Of a stretch of 64,000 nucleotides of DNA, positions 50,034 to 58,988 are shown in pieces (within the stretch, counting starts at the first letter, position 1; each line of letters begins with the position of its first letter). The DNA comes from a bacterium (GTDB lineage Bacteria; UBA8248). Both the position numbers and the translations under genes were made by a program. Under the pieces are notes generated by a model. It was not told the DNA's origin, made no database searches, and saw only the letters and a program-made list of their open reading frames with translations. The DNA is taken from NCBI GenBank assembly GCA_965204535.1, contig CBDBEV010000001.1:96001-160000 (forward strand), in the 5' to 3' direction.

Positions 50034-50546
50034 CTAGAAGCCCATTCCGACGATTAGCCGATTCCAGGTGTTGATGAGCGCGATGGCGCCCAGAAGCTCC
50101 ACTATCTGCGCTTCCGAATAGTGCGTCTTCAGCGCTTCGAAAGTTTCATCCGAGACGCTCACCCCCTGCGTGCTTTCCTCACAAAGGCGAAGCGCCGCCT
50201 TTTCTTTCTCATCGAAGACATCGCTTGCAGAACCCTCTTGCGCGGCTTTCGTCTTCTCATCCCCCACCTTGTGCATCTTCGCCATGTTGGAGTGCATGTT
50301 GGCGCAAAAATGGCATCCGTTTAGAACCGACGCGCGAATGTTCAAGATTTCCTTGAATCCGACGTCAATCTCCCCAGGGCCATCCGCCACCGTGGTCAGG
50401 CTCAGCAAAGAGCGCAAAAAATCCGGTTTGTGGGCCAGTGCCTTCACCGGCGGAATCACGACGCCGAACTGTTTTTGTAAGTTCTCCATGATGCGTTTCG
50501 CGGATGCTTCCGCCTGCTCGGGTTCTAACAAGGAAATTCGTGGCAT
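50034..50546 (-). CDS. Carboxymuconolactone decarboxylase/AhpD-like peroxidase-related protein
   Basis: KEIL..RASVLNGCHFC..MH motif and NTWNR. ATG 50546 follows GGAG. Confidence 0.88.
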   Translation of the reverse strand: MPRISLLEPEQAEASAKRIMENLQKQFGVVIPPVKALAHKPDFLRSLLSLTTVADGPGEIDVGFKEILNIRASVLNGCHFCANMHSNMAKMHKVGDEKTKAAQEGSASDVFDEKEKAALRLCEESTQGVSVSDETFEALKTHYSEAQIVELLGAIALINTWNRLIVGMGF

Positions 50547-50780
50547 TCCATGCTCCTTTGATAGATTCGTCTGGATGTATGCCGACACGTTATAGAAAGT
50601 GTCATTTCACCGATATTTACGCCACACCGAGGCCGCGGGTCAATGAATGCGTCGAAATCACCTCTCTGCCTGCAAAAAGGCGTATGAACGCAAGCACAAA
50701 ACATCTACTTTTGCTAAACTATGCTCCATAATTTCTGTCTCCCGCTGCATACGCTCTAAACAAAGGGATGAAAACTGCCC

Positions 50781-51608
50781 ATGAGCAAACAAGTTTCCTT
50801 AAAAGATGCCGCATCACTCATCGAAAATGGAGACGCGATCAGTCCCGGCGGAACCTTATTGCACAGAACACCCGCCGCCCTCATCCGCGAAATTGCGCGC
50901 GCGGGTCTTCGGGACCTCACGCTCATCAAGCCGTCTCCCGGTTACGACGCCGATCTCCTTTGCGCCGCAGGCGCCGTGAAGAAAATCATCAGCGGCATTG
51001 TTACATTCGAGGCGGAATTCGGATTGGCGCCTCACTATCGAAAGGCGATAGAGAAAGGAATGGCCGGCCTCACCGAGCATGCCTGAGCCAGCGTGCTTGC
51101 TGGGCTGCGGGCCGCAGCCTACGGCGTTCCCTTCCAGCCCATTCGCGGATTCGATGGGAGTGATATCCCCGAACAAAGCGGCATCTTCACGATTGAAGAC
51201 CCCTACACGAATGAGGAACTCTATGCGATTCCCGCCCTCAAGCCGGACTGGGCGTTGATCCACGTCCAAAAATCAGACCCTCAGGGAAACGCGCAAATCC
51301 TGGGCAATCAGCAATTCGACGTTGAAATGACGCGCGCGGCGCAAAAAGGGGTCATTCTCACGACCGAGAAAATCGTAGACTCCGAAGAAATCGCAGCGGA
51401 ACCGGAGAGAACCACCATCCCGAGTTTTCTCGTCAAAGCAGTCGTGGAAACGCCGGGCGGCGCGTCTCCTTGTAGCTGCCATCCATTTTACGGGGTCGAC
51501 AAAACAGAAATGAGGCGCTACATGACCTTGACCCAAAGCCAGGACGGGCTTCGGGAATATCTGGCGAGTACCGACGAAACACACACACAAGACGCGGTGA
51601 CGAAATAA
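50781..51608 (+). CDS. Class I CoA-transferase alpha subunit (GctA/IpdA-like), probable selenoprotein (Sec102 at TGA 51084-51086), 275 aa
   Basis: ORFs 50781..51086 and 51093..51608 share a frame and are the two halves of one CoA_trans domain: ...LTEHA-U-ASVLAGLRAAAYGVPF...PALKPDWALIHVQKSD..GN. Confidence 0.82.
51101..51121 (+). promoter_or_regulatory. Putative bacterial SECIS element
   Basis: UGGGCUGCG[GGC]CGCAGCCUA forms a 9-bp stem with a G-initiated loop 22-23 nt after the UGA. Confidence 0.65.
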
Positions 51609-51610
51609 CG

Positions 51611-52363
51611 ATGGGCAACCGCCTGGCCTCGTTGCCCGAGTATGTGATCCGCGCTGGAAACCAGATGGCCGTAACGCTCTCGCGCCTCATCGAAGACGGC
51701 GAGAATGTGTTTCACGGGGTCAACTCCCCGCTTCCCATGGTCGCGATCTTCTTGGCCAAGAAACGACATGCCCCCAACTGCTCGCTCATAGAAGTCGCGG
51801 GCTCGGTGGACCCCAAACCACGCTTCATGCCGAACAGCACGGCCGACCCTGAACTCTGCCATGGTGCGGCTTCTATGTTCTACAACCCGGATATGTATGA
51901 TCTCTTTGCACGCGGCGGGGTGGACTTCGCTTTTCTGGGTGCTGCCCAACTCGACAAGCAGGGCCGAGCCAACTTGAGCTATATAGGCGACCCGTTCCAC
52001 CCGAAAGTAAGGCTCCCAGGCGGCGGGGGAGGCGCCGTTATCATGCCGCAGGTGAAACGAACCGTCATATGGCGAACAGTTCACGACAAACGATTTCTCG
52101 TACCTAGGGTCGATTTCTCGACGCAGTCGGGCAATCTGAGCCACGTCGTGACACCCATCGCCTTGTTCGAGAAAAAACCCGCCGGGCTCGAGATCGCCAG
52201 CGTTCACCCTGGCCACTCGATGGATGAAGTGGTCGAGAAAACAGGCTTCGACCTGGAGCGCCCGAGCATTGTGGCGCAAACTCCTGCGCCAAGCGCCGAA
52301 GAACTGAGCGCCCTGGAGGAGCTCGATCCGGATGGTGTGCGATTTTCGGAATTCCGTGTATAA
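51611..52363 (+). CDS. Class I CoA-transferase beta subunit (GctB-like)
   Basis: HAPN, FLGAAQLDKQGRANLS, RLPGGGGG and VDF...SVHPG. Starts 2 nt after the alpha subunit stop. Confidence 0.88.
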   Translation: MGNRLASLPEYVIRAGNQMAVTLSRLIEDGENVFHGVNSPLPMVAIFLAKKRHAPNCSLIEVAGSVDPKPRFMPNSTADPELCHGAASMFYNPDMYDLFARGGVDFAFLGAAQLDKQGRANLSYIGDPFHPKVRLPGGGGGAVIMPQVKRTVIWRTVHDKRFLVPRVDFSTQSGNLSHVVTPIALFEKKPAGLEIASVHPGHSMDEVVEKTGFDLERPSIVAQTPAPSAEELSALEELDPDGVRFSEFRV

Positions 52364-52448
52364 ATCGCAGGCCTTCAAAGAGAATATGAGCACTCCATTC
52401 GCCACTTGACGCCGACGTATTTGGAGACAACGGATTGCGGAGAATTTC

Positions 52449-53090
52449 ATGAGCAACGAATTGTTAAATCGCTTGGGAAGCTATTCGACCTGTCAGGCGG
52501 CGGACGCTTTTGACAAACTGAAAATCAGGGGCCACATGCCCGACATCATCCTGTTATCGCCCGACCCGGAATACCGGATGGTGGGCGAAGCCCACACCGT
52601 TCGAATGGTACCCGCCGGTGGCGGCCCCCTGCCCAAGCGCGAGGTGCACCACATCGACGCGGCGCCCGAGGGGAGCATCGTTGTCATCAGCATCCCGCCC
52701 GGTGTCACGACAGCCAACTGGGGCGGGATGATGAGTACGCGGGCGAAGGTGATGAACCTCGGAGGAGTCGTTCTTGACGGCAGGGCCAGAGATATCGAGG
52801 AACACCGCCAGATGGGGTTTCCCGTGTTTGCCAGAGGAGTGTCTGTTCACGGCAGCGGCGGATATACGGTCCCCATAAGCGTTGGAGAGCCGATCAATTG
52901 CGGGGGCGTCGCGGTGAGGCAGGGAGACGTCATTCTGGGAGACGTCAACGGCGTGGTCGTCATCCCCAGTGAAAGACTCGAGGAAGTCATCGACAAGATG
53001 GATGAACTGGCGGAAATCGAAGAAAAAATTACCGCGGAACTGGAAAAAGGCGTGAGCATCGGCGAAACATTCGCCAAGTATCGAGGCTAG
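52449..53090 (+). CDS. RraA-like / HMG-CHA aldolase family protein
   Basis: STCQAADA, ANWGGMM, DGRARD and GDVILGDVNGVVVIP motifs. Confidence 0.88.
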   Translation: MSNELLNRLGSYSTCQAADAFDKLKIRGHMPDIILLSPDPEYRMVGEAHTVRMVPAGGGPLPKREVHHIDAAPEGSIVVISIPPGVTTANWGGMMSTRAKVMNLGGVVLDGRARDIEEHRQMGFPVFARGVSVHGSGGYTVPISVGEPINCGGVAVRQGDVILGDVNGVVVIPSERLEEVIDKMDELAEIEEKITAELEKGVSIGETFAKYRG

Positions 53091-53194
53091 GTAAAACCAC
53101 GCTAGCCACTTAAATTTCATATCCATCTGGCGGCACCGGATGAAACTGATATAATGACCTCGTCTATTTACGAAATCCGCCCCGATGTATCCCG

Positions 53195-53857
53195 ATGAAC
53201 GCGAAAAACAATCCTTTATATGTAGTCCCCTTGCGTGGTCTTATCATTAGTGTCGCTTTTTCCATTTTTTTGAGTAGCTGTGGCTTTCTACCTACTCAGA
53301 AGAGTTACGACATCCAGGGGGACAATTTGCAAGGTATCGCCTCCTGGTACGGAAATCCCTACCATGGGCGCAAAACGGCGAATGGCGAAACTTACGACAT
53401 GCATGCGCTCACCGCCGCGCACCGCACCCTTCCATTTGGTTCCATCGTACGGGTGCGCAGAAGCGACGATGGACAAGAAGTCCGAGTGCGCATCAACGAT
53501 CGCGGCCCTTTTTTCATAAACCGGGTTATCGACCTCTCCCGAGAAGCGGCCCGAAGAATCGGTATGCTGCGCAAGGGCACCACCGAGGTTTCCGTCGAAC
53601 CCCTCTACATTCCCCAGGAGCCGAACCCGAAATGGATGATCCTGGTAGGCGGATTTATGGGAAAACCAGAGGCCCAGGAATTCGCCGATTACGTTAATAG
53701 AAACGGCACGATTTCGGAGATCCGGCCCGGCTGGCACGGAAACTACGAACACTACCACGTGCAGATCAAAGGCTTGGCCGGCGAGGGTAACGCAAAACGA
53801 TTGGTGGAAAAGCTGCAGCGCAACGGCTACGGGGCATTCATCGTGCGGGCGAAATAA
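53195..53857 (+). CDS. rlpA: Septal ring lytic transglycosylase RlpA (DPBB + SPOR)
   Basis: Lipobox LSSC, ASWYG..TANGE..TAAHRTLP and RINDRGP..RVIDLS motifs. Confidence 0.9.
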   Translation: MNAKNNPLYVVPLRGLIISVAFSIFLSSCGFLPTQKSYDIQGDNLQGIASWYGNPYHGRKTANGETYDMHALTAAHRTLPFGSIVRVRRSDDGQEVRVRINDRGPFFINRVIDLSREAARRIGMLRKGTTEVSVEPLYIPQEPNPKWMILVGGFMGKPEAQEFADYVNRNGTISEIRPGWHGNYEHYHVQIKGLAGEGNAKRLVEKLQRNGYGAFIVRAK

Positions 53858-53862
53858 GAGAC

Positions 53863-55935
53863 TCAATCCCTCTCGAGCGCTTTTTCTATCTTCTCCAAGT
53901 CCGTGAGCGGCTCCTTGCATGTGAAATTTTCGCAAAGATATACCGTGGCTTGTCCATCCACCATGGATTTCCCATCAAGCAAGGGCACTGCGGCGTCTGT
54001 TTCTTCGTCAGACGATTCGGTTCTGAGAGCCAAAACCTTGTTGGGAATGAAGCGCGAATCAACGACTTTAAGGGCCGCGCGCGTATCTTCTGCGTTTCTC
54101 TCTCCGACAATAGCCACTTCCACCGGGGAGTCGAGATAAAAGTCCAGCGCCACCAGCATCATGTGGAAAGCGGCCGGCACGCGGCTCAGGTAATCTCCGA
54201 ACGAGCGCAAAACGCCCTCGCCATGCTCTGCGAATTCCGCCTCGCCCGAGAGTTTCGCCAGTTTCAATAAACCCAGCGCCGCCATGGAATTTCCGCTCGG
54301 AACGGCGCCGTCTTGCGTCATCTTCTTCCGCACGATGAGCTGTTCATGGTCGTGGGCCGTAAAGAAGAATGCGCCCGCCTCGTCATCCCAATATCGAGAT
54401 ATCATCTCTCTCGCCAAATCCGAGGCCGCTCGAATCCACTTTGGCTCAAAGCTCGCCTCGTATAAATCCACCAACCCCAAGATCAGAAAAGCATAATCAT
54501 CCAGATACGCGTTGAACTTGCTTACGCCTTCCCGGTGGCTTCTCAGCAAGCCGCGCTCATCGCGCATGTTGTTCAAAATAAAATCCGCCGCCTTGCCCGC
54601 TTCTTCTACATAGGGACGGTGCTCCAGAATCCTGCCCGCCAAAGCCATCGAGCCGATCATGAGTCCGTTCCAACTCGTGAGAATTTTGTCATCCAGTCCC
54701 GGCTTCACGCGCCGTTCGCGCTCGGCGAAGAGTTTTGCGCGCCCTCTTTGCAAGACATCAAAGAGCTTTTCTTCCGTGATTCCCAGTTCTTCGGCGAAAA
54801 CGCGGGGTGGTTTCTGAATGAACAAGGCGGAGGTGTTGCCCTCGAAGTTCCCCTCTTCCGTCACGCTGTAGAACCGGCAGAATATGTCGGCTTCTTCTTT
54901 GCCGAGAACCTCTTCTATCTCCTCAGGACGCCAAACGAAGAACTTGCCCTCCTCCCCCTCGCTGTCAGCATCCTGCGCGGAATAAAATCCTCCGCCCGGG
55001 CTGGTCATCTCCCTCAAAACGTAATCGAGCGTATCCGCCACCACGGAGCGGTAAAACGCGCTTCCCGTCGCCTGATATGCTTCGAGATAAACCCTGGCAA
55101 GCAGAGCGTTGTCGTAAAGCATTTTCTCGAAGTGCGGGATAAGCCAATAATTATCTACGCTGTAGCGGTGAAAACCTCCACCGAGTTGATCATACATCCC
55201 GCCCAGCGCCATTCTTTGAAGCGTTACCTCGACCATCTTCAGTAGTTCCTGATCCGGGGACTGCTTCCATTTTCTTAAAAGCAGCATCAGCGCCATGGAG
55301 GGTGGAAATTTGGGAGCGCTCCCAAAGCCGCCCCATGTCGAGTCGAATCGCTCTTTCAGTTCCTTAGCGGCCTGGTCGATCCACTCTGCTTTCAAATCAC
55401 CCGTTGCGGGCGTAACGACTCCCATTTGCTGTAGATTCGCCGTGATGCTCTCCGCGTTATCGTGCAAATCGTCCTGTCTTGTCTGGTAGACTTCGGCCAG
55501 CCTCAAGAGCACGTTCTTGAAACCGGGCCTGCCCCATTTGTCATGTGGCGGAAAATATGTACCACCGAAGAAAGGCCTCAAATCCGGGAGCAAAAAGACA
55601 CTCATGGGCCAGCCCCCCTGGCCCGTCATCATCTGCACCGCTTCCATGTAGATACCGTCGATATCGGGGCGTTCTTCTCGATCCACCTTGATGGAGACGA
55701 AATGCTCGTTCAGGATTTCGGCGATTCCCTCATCCTCGAAACTCTCGTGCTCCATCACATGACACCAGTGGCAGGCAGAATAGCCGACGGACAAGAAAAT
55801 GGGCTTGTTCTCTTCTCTTGATTTGCGGAGCGCATCCTCGCCCCATGGGTACCACTGCACCGGATTGTATTGATGCTGTAAGAGATAGGGGCTCGTCTCC
55901 TGTGCGAGGCGATTCTGCTGACGGGGGTGAATCAT
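53863..55935 (-). CDS. Thioredoxin-domain protein of the YyaL/SSP411 family
   Basis: [39 protein letters not shown] and [11 protein letters not shown] motifs. Confidence 0.93.
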   Translation of the reverse strand: MIHPRQQNRLAQETSPYLLQHQYNPVQWYPWGEDALRKSREENKPIFLSVGYSACHWCHVMEHESFEDEGIAEILNEHFVSIKVDREERPDIDGIYMEAVQMMTGQGGWPMSVFLLPDLRPFFGGTYFPPHDKWGRPGFKNVLLRLAEVYQTRQDDLHDNAESITANLQQMGVVTPATGDLKAEWIDQAAKELKERFDSTWGGFGSAPKFPPSMALMLLLRKWKQSPDQELLKMVEVTLQRMALGGMYDQLGGGFHRYSVDNYWLIPHFEKMLYDNALLARVYLEAYQATGSAFYRSVVADTLDYVLREMTSPGGGFYSAQDADSEGEEGKFFVWRPEEIEEVLGKEEADIFCRFYSVTEEGNFEGNTSALFIQKPPRVFAEELGITEEKLFDVLQRGRAKLFAERERRVKPGLDDKILTSWNGLMIGSMALAGRILEHRPYVEEAGKAADFILNNMRDERGLLRSHREGVSKFNAYLDDYAFLILGLVDLYEASFEPKWIRAASDLAREMISRYWDDEAGAFFFTAHDHEQLIVRKKMTQDGAVPSGNSMAALGLLKLAKLSGEAEFAEHGEGVLRSFGDYLSRVPAAFHMMLVALDFYLDSPVEVAIVGERNAEDTRAALKVVDSRFIPNKVLALRTESSDEETDAAVPLLDGKSMVDGQATVYLCENFTCKEPLTDLEKIEKALERD

Positions 55936-56008
55936 GAATTCCTCAGATGAGTGGGTGAAAGTCCGCTGGCCACGAAAATATGCCTATCGACAGGGTATGG
56001 GAGAATGA

Positions 56009-56512
56009 TCAACAAAACAATTCGGGCTGGGGGAAGATTTGCGCGTGTGTCTCCACACGCCCGTCCCCACGAATATGCGATATATTTTCATCGCAACTCT
56101 CCGCCCATGCCGCGGATACCAGATGCAGGCGGTGACAGTTTCTCGGGTTCTCCTCCGCACAAAGAACCGCCGTCGGTTCCTTTCCCACTCGCGTTCTTAG
56201 TCGTTCCAGAGCGTGGATAAAACTCTCATCGCGCTTCACTTTCTTCCAGTCGATGCGTCCTTGGGGGTCAAAAAATTCTGGACGTTGTCTGAAATCGCGC
56301 TTTCCGCCCAAAGCCTCCCCTTCCCAGACGTATATAATGTCTCGCGACAAGAGGCTTTTGCTTATACTTTCTCTGTTGAATTGAGGGTTTCTCCTGCTGT
56401 AGGGGATGCTGCGCACATCCACCACGCATGCGATGCCGTGGCGGCTCAGCAGACCCAGGAATTTCTCCGCGCTGTGGTTGCTGTGGCCTATTGTCCAGAG
56501 CGGGTGCTTCAA
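56009..56512 (-). CDS. DUF488 family protein
   Basis: TIGHS, VDVR..PYSR, LGG and LCAE...CHR motifs. TTG start overlaps the upstream TGA and follows GGAGG. Confidence 0.85.
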   Translation of the reverse strand: MKHPLWTIGHSNHSAEKFLGLLSRHGIACVVDVRSIPYSRRNPQFNRESISKSLLSRDIIYVWEGEALGGKRDFRQRPEFFDPQGRIDWKKVKRDESFIHALERLRTRVGKEPTAVLCAEENPRNCHRLHLVSAAWAESCDENISHIRGDGRVETHAQIFPQPELFC

Positions 56513-57849
56513 GCGAGACCTCCCATGAGCGTGGCTGCAATCTCGCAACCACGATGAAATATCTCCACGTCGATATTCTCATCGGGAGCATGAGCGTTTG
56601 AATCCGCATTGGCGAGCGGGAACCAGACGGAAGGGAGCCCCAAGTCTCTCGTGAACATGCTGTCGGGAACGCTGCCGCCGAAGTTCGGGTAGATGACGGG
56701 CTCGACCCCGAAACCACTGACAGCCTTGATGACTTTCTGCACATAGGGGTCGTCCGCCGGCGTTTTGCTGGCGTCGAACGTGGCCATCTTGCGCACTTCG
56801 ATGTCATCGAAACCCTCTGCATTCAAAAACGAACACACATCATCAAACAGCTTGTCCGGGTCCTGCGCCACAACAAGGCGGAAATCCAGCTTGGCGCTCG
56901 CGGAACCCGGCAAAACTGTTTTCATTCCATCGTTGGAATATCCCCCCTGGAATCCACAAATGTTCAGGTTCGGCTGGGTGAGCGTCTTTGTATAAAAGGA
57001 AGAAAGATTAGGAATCCGGGAGGCGCCTTCTCCGATGACAGCCCGAAGTTCCGCCTCCGGGTCGGGAATTCCTCGCAGAGCAGCTTGATCCGCACCGCCG
57101 ACCGGGAGCACGGACTCATAAAATCCCGGCACGCGCACCCTTCCCTCACCGTCGCGCAGACGTTGCACGGCCTCCATGAGCCGCCAGAACGGATTCGGGG
57201 CCGCTCCGCCATAAGACCCGGAATGGAGGTCTTTCCCGACGCCGTGTGAGATAAGTTCGATATAGAGTAGCCCTCTGCATCCCATAGAGAGCGTCGGCCT
57301 GCCCGAGGGGTGTATGGAGCCATCGGATGAGCAGGCGATATCTGCTTTTAACAACTCCTTGTTCGCCTGAATGAATTTTCTCAAATTTGGCGAACCCATC
57401 TCCTCCTCTCCCTCTATCAAAAACTTGAGATTGATGGGCATTTTCGTGTTTGTCTGTTGGTAGGCCTCGACCGCCTTGATTTGCGCGAAATGCTGGCCCT
57501 TGTTGTCTCCCGAGCCTCTTGCATAGAGGCGGCCATCTCGCACCTGTGGCTCGAACGGCTCTGAGCTCCAACCCTCAGAAATATCGGCCGGCTGAACGTC
57601 GTAGTGGCCATAGCTCAGCATCGTCGGAGCATCCGGAGGTCCCTTCACTTCGCCGTATACGAGCGAAATGCCCTCGGTCGGAAGAATCTGCGCCTGAATG
57701 CCTGCGCTACTCATCAATCCCGCCAGATGCGCCGCCGCCTCCTCGACACCGACCCCCAATGTGCTGATGGAGGGTATTTTGAGATATTCGATGAGTTCTT
57801 CCAGACTCTGCTCCCTTCTCGCCCGCAAAAAATCAATCACCGCCGACAT
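56509..57849 (-). CDS. M20 family dipeptidase
   Basis: YGHYDVQP, ARGSGDNKGQ, EGEEEMGS, DLHSG and HAPDE motifs. Confidence 0.92.
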   Translation of the reverse strand: MSAVIDFLRARREQSLEELIEYLKIPSISTLGVGVEEAAAHLAGLMSSAGIQAQILPTEGISLVYGEVKGPPDAPTMLSYGHYDVQPADISEGWSSEPFEPQVRDGRLYARGSGDNKGQHFAQIKAVEAYQQTNTKMPINLKFLIEGEEEMGSPNLRKFIQANKELLKADIACSSDGSIHPSGRPTLSMGCRGLLYIELISHGVGKDLHSGSYGGAAPNPFWRLMEAVQRLRDGEGRVRVPGFYESVLPVGGADQAALRGIPDPEAELRAVIGEGASRIPNLSSFYTKTLTQPNLNICGFQGGYSNDGMKTVLPGSASAKLDFRLVVAQDPDKLFDDVCSFLNAEGFDDIEVRKMATFDASKTPADDPYVQKVIKAVSGFGVEPVIYPNFGGSVPDSMFTRDLGLPSVWFPLANADSNAHAPDENIDVEIFHRGCEIAATLMGGLA

Positions 57850-57971
57850 TCAATTCTCCTTCACATGAGCTATATTCGCCAAGATGTTGCCGAAATCGTT
57901 TCCCCGGATTATTCTCAGAGATGGTATGAACCTGCCAATTCTTTTGCCGCCGAGCAAAAATTGGATTTCGC

Positions 57972-58982
57972 ATGATTCGATCCATTTTTAGCATAATTCA
58001 TCGCTTCTTCAAGATCATCCGCATAAGAGCCCTCTTGCTTTTCATCTTCGCCATGCTGATGGTGACAAGCTGCACCCGGCCCCGAACCTTGAACCTGGCT
58101 CCTGCTCCCACTGGAAGCTACGATCACCAGGAGAACTACGTCGAACTGCCATCGAGCATCGAAAACGCCTCGATGACGGGATACCTGGTGCGTCCCTCGA
58201 AAGATGGAAGATACCCTTGCGTCATATTGCTTCACGGGAAAGGCGGTTGGTGGCGGGCATACATCCGCTACGCCCGAAAACTCGCGAGCCATGGATTCTC
58301 ATCCTTGGTCATCAATTATTACTCGGTGCACCAGGTGGACCTCGAGGGTCTCAGAACACCTTTCATTCAACGAAAATCGAATTTCGAGCGCCAGAACGAA
58401 GACATCAACCGAGCCGTTTCCGCCTTTGCGAAAAGCGCGCATTGCATACAAAACAAGGTCGGTCTCATCGGATTCTCACTCGGCGCGGACAAGGCGTTTC
58501 GCGCGGCCGCGTCGCTTCCGGTCGTGAAGGCCGTGGTAGCCTATTATGGTCCCTATGATTATGCGGCTCTCATCAAAAAGCGCATCAACTCCGTGGTCCT
58601 CTCCCTGGCGACCGAGAATCTGCTGCGCTGGAAAGAATATCTGGAACTACACAGCCCCACCAACAAGATACAGAACACGAAAGCTTCCACCTTGATGTTT
58701 CATGGCGTAGTGGACGGGATAATCCCCGTCCAGCAATCATTCACGATGATGAGAAAGCTGCGAGCGAGAAAATCGGGCTACGCTCAATTGAAACTTTACG
58801 AGGGTACTGGCCACAATTTCGTTCTCAGGAGGAGAACTCCCCGGGAAAGAGAAGACTCGATTCGGCTCGCCTTGATTTTCCTCAAAAACCATTTGGCCCA
58901 GACCGGAGAACCGCCCAAGGCGCAAGATGAGAGCGAAAAACGAGCCGGTCTTCATCCTGGGAACAACCAGCAAGGTAGTTGA
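57972..58982 (+). CDS. Dienelactone hydrolase-like alpha/beta hydrolase, probably a lipoprotein
   Basis: LVTSC-type lipobox-like stretch, ILLHG, GFSLG, HGVVD and GTGH motifs. Confidence 0.78.
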   Translation: MIRSIFSIIHRFFKIIRIRALLLFIFAMLMVTSCTRPRTLNLAPAPTGSYDHQENYVELPSSIENASMTGYLVRPSKDGRYPCVILLHGKGGWWRAYIRYARKLASHGFSSLVINYYSVHQVDLEGLRTPFIQRKSNFERQNEDINRAVSAFAKSAHCIQNKVGLIGFSLGADKAFRAAASLPVVKAVVAYYGPYDYAALIKKRINSVVLSLATENLLRWKEYLELHSPTNKIQNTKASTLMFHGVVDGIIPVQQSFTMMRKLRARKSGYAQLKLYEGTGHNFVLRRRTPREREDSIRLALIFLKNHLAQTGEPPKAQDESEKRAGLHPGNNQQGS

Positions 58983-58988
58983 CGCATC

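Noticed and set aside
50781-51608. Genome-wide UGA-to-Trp/Gly recoding as the explanation for the in-frame TGAs
   Set aside because: Many genes here end at TGA at their expected family C-terminus, often in ATGA overlaps, and Trp is encoded by TGG.
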